A DNA stretch of 63,121 nt, filler included, from Octopus bimaculoides (taxonomy: Eukaryota), in the NCBI RefSeq assembly GCF_001194135.2. It is 3 parts of 3 records of this genome, joined end to end, with 100 filler letters (N's around TTAATTAATTAA, not from the genome) between each part and the next. Parts side by side here need not be neighbours in the genome. Positions count along the whole stretch, not along the records: positions 52,632 to 63,121 come from NC_068993.1; 2 more parts are not named here. One strand, 5' to 3'. The position numbers were made by a program, and so were the translations under genes. The notes beneath the pieces are model-generated. The model worked only from the letters and a program-made list of their open reading frames with translations. It was not told the DNA's origin and searched no databases. Positions 62,860 to 63,121 of the stretch are shown here, in pieces; position 1 is the first letter of the stretch; every line of letters starts with the position of its first letter.

Positions 62860-63121
62860 ACATGTCATGGTCCCATCGGTAAGTTATATACATGCTTGTA
62901 AAGGTAAATTGAGTTCCTTGGCAGCGGTGAAAGCAATCAATCTAAGAGAAGGAAGACTTCAAAATTAAGACCTTCACCCAACATACCAGTATGGAAGAGT
63001 ATGGCCGATGAAACAAGCATTAGGTTTGTCTAGTAATATAGATTCGTACAATGGAGGCAAATATCTCGTGTTAGAGCGTATTCTGCTGCAGGCGGAGATA
63101 GCCGGGAATAATGATAGCCAA
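62860..63121 (+). mobile_element. Probable RTE-like 5' region running off the window
   Basis: GAAAGCAATCAATCTAAGAGAAGGAAGACTTC motif. Confidence 0.4.

Overview
AT-rich, gap-ridden eukaryotic scaffold segment. The microsatellite load and tRNA-derived SINE families strongly suggest a cephalopod (Octopus-like) genome; that is an inference from repeat recognition. No intact host protein-coding gene could be identified. Nearly all ORF-track entries are microsatellite or N-gap artefacts, and only a few splice-signal-bounded exon candidates were seen. The window is a transposable-element graveyard. It holds dozens of SINE copies in (AAT)n tracts, three R4/Dong-like RLE LINE remnants (one nearly full length), a Gypsy LTR-PBS-gag-RT remnant, and a solo LTR inside a mariner. 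It also holds three adjacent Tc1/mariner elements, a piggyBac-like MITE, a Penelope-like RT/GIY-YIG fragment, a compacted Helitron remnant and RTE fragments. The most interesting signal is RNA-structural: four minimal hammerhead-ribozyme cores of the Penelope type (8.4, 22.0, 25.3 and 30.0 kb). The best one lies in a ~565-bp inverted-dimer element with a Pol III B-box-like head, which is inserted with a 16-bp target-site duplication into the RT of an R4-like LINE.
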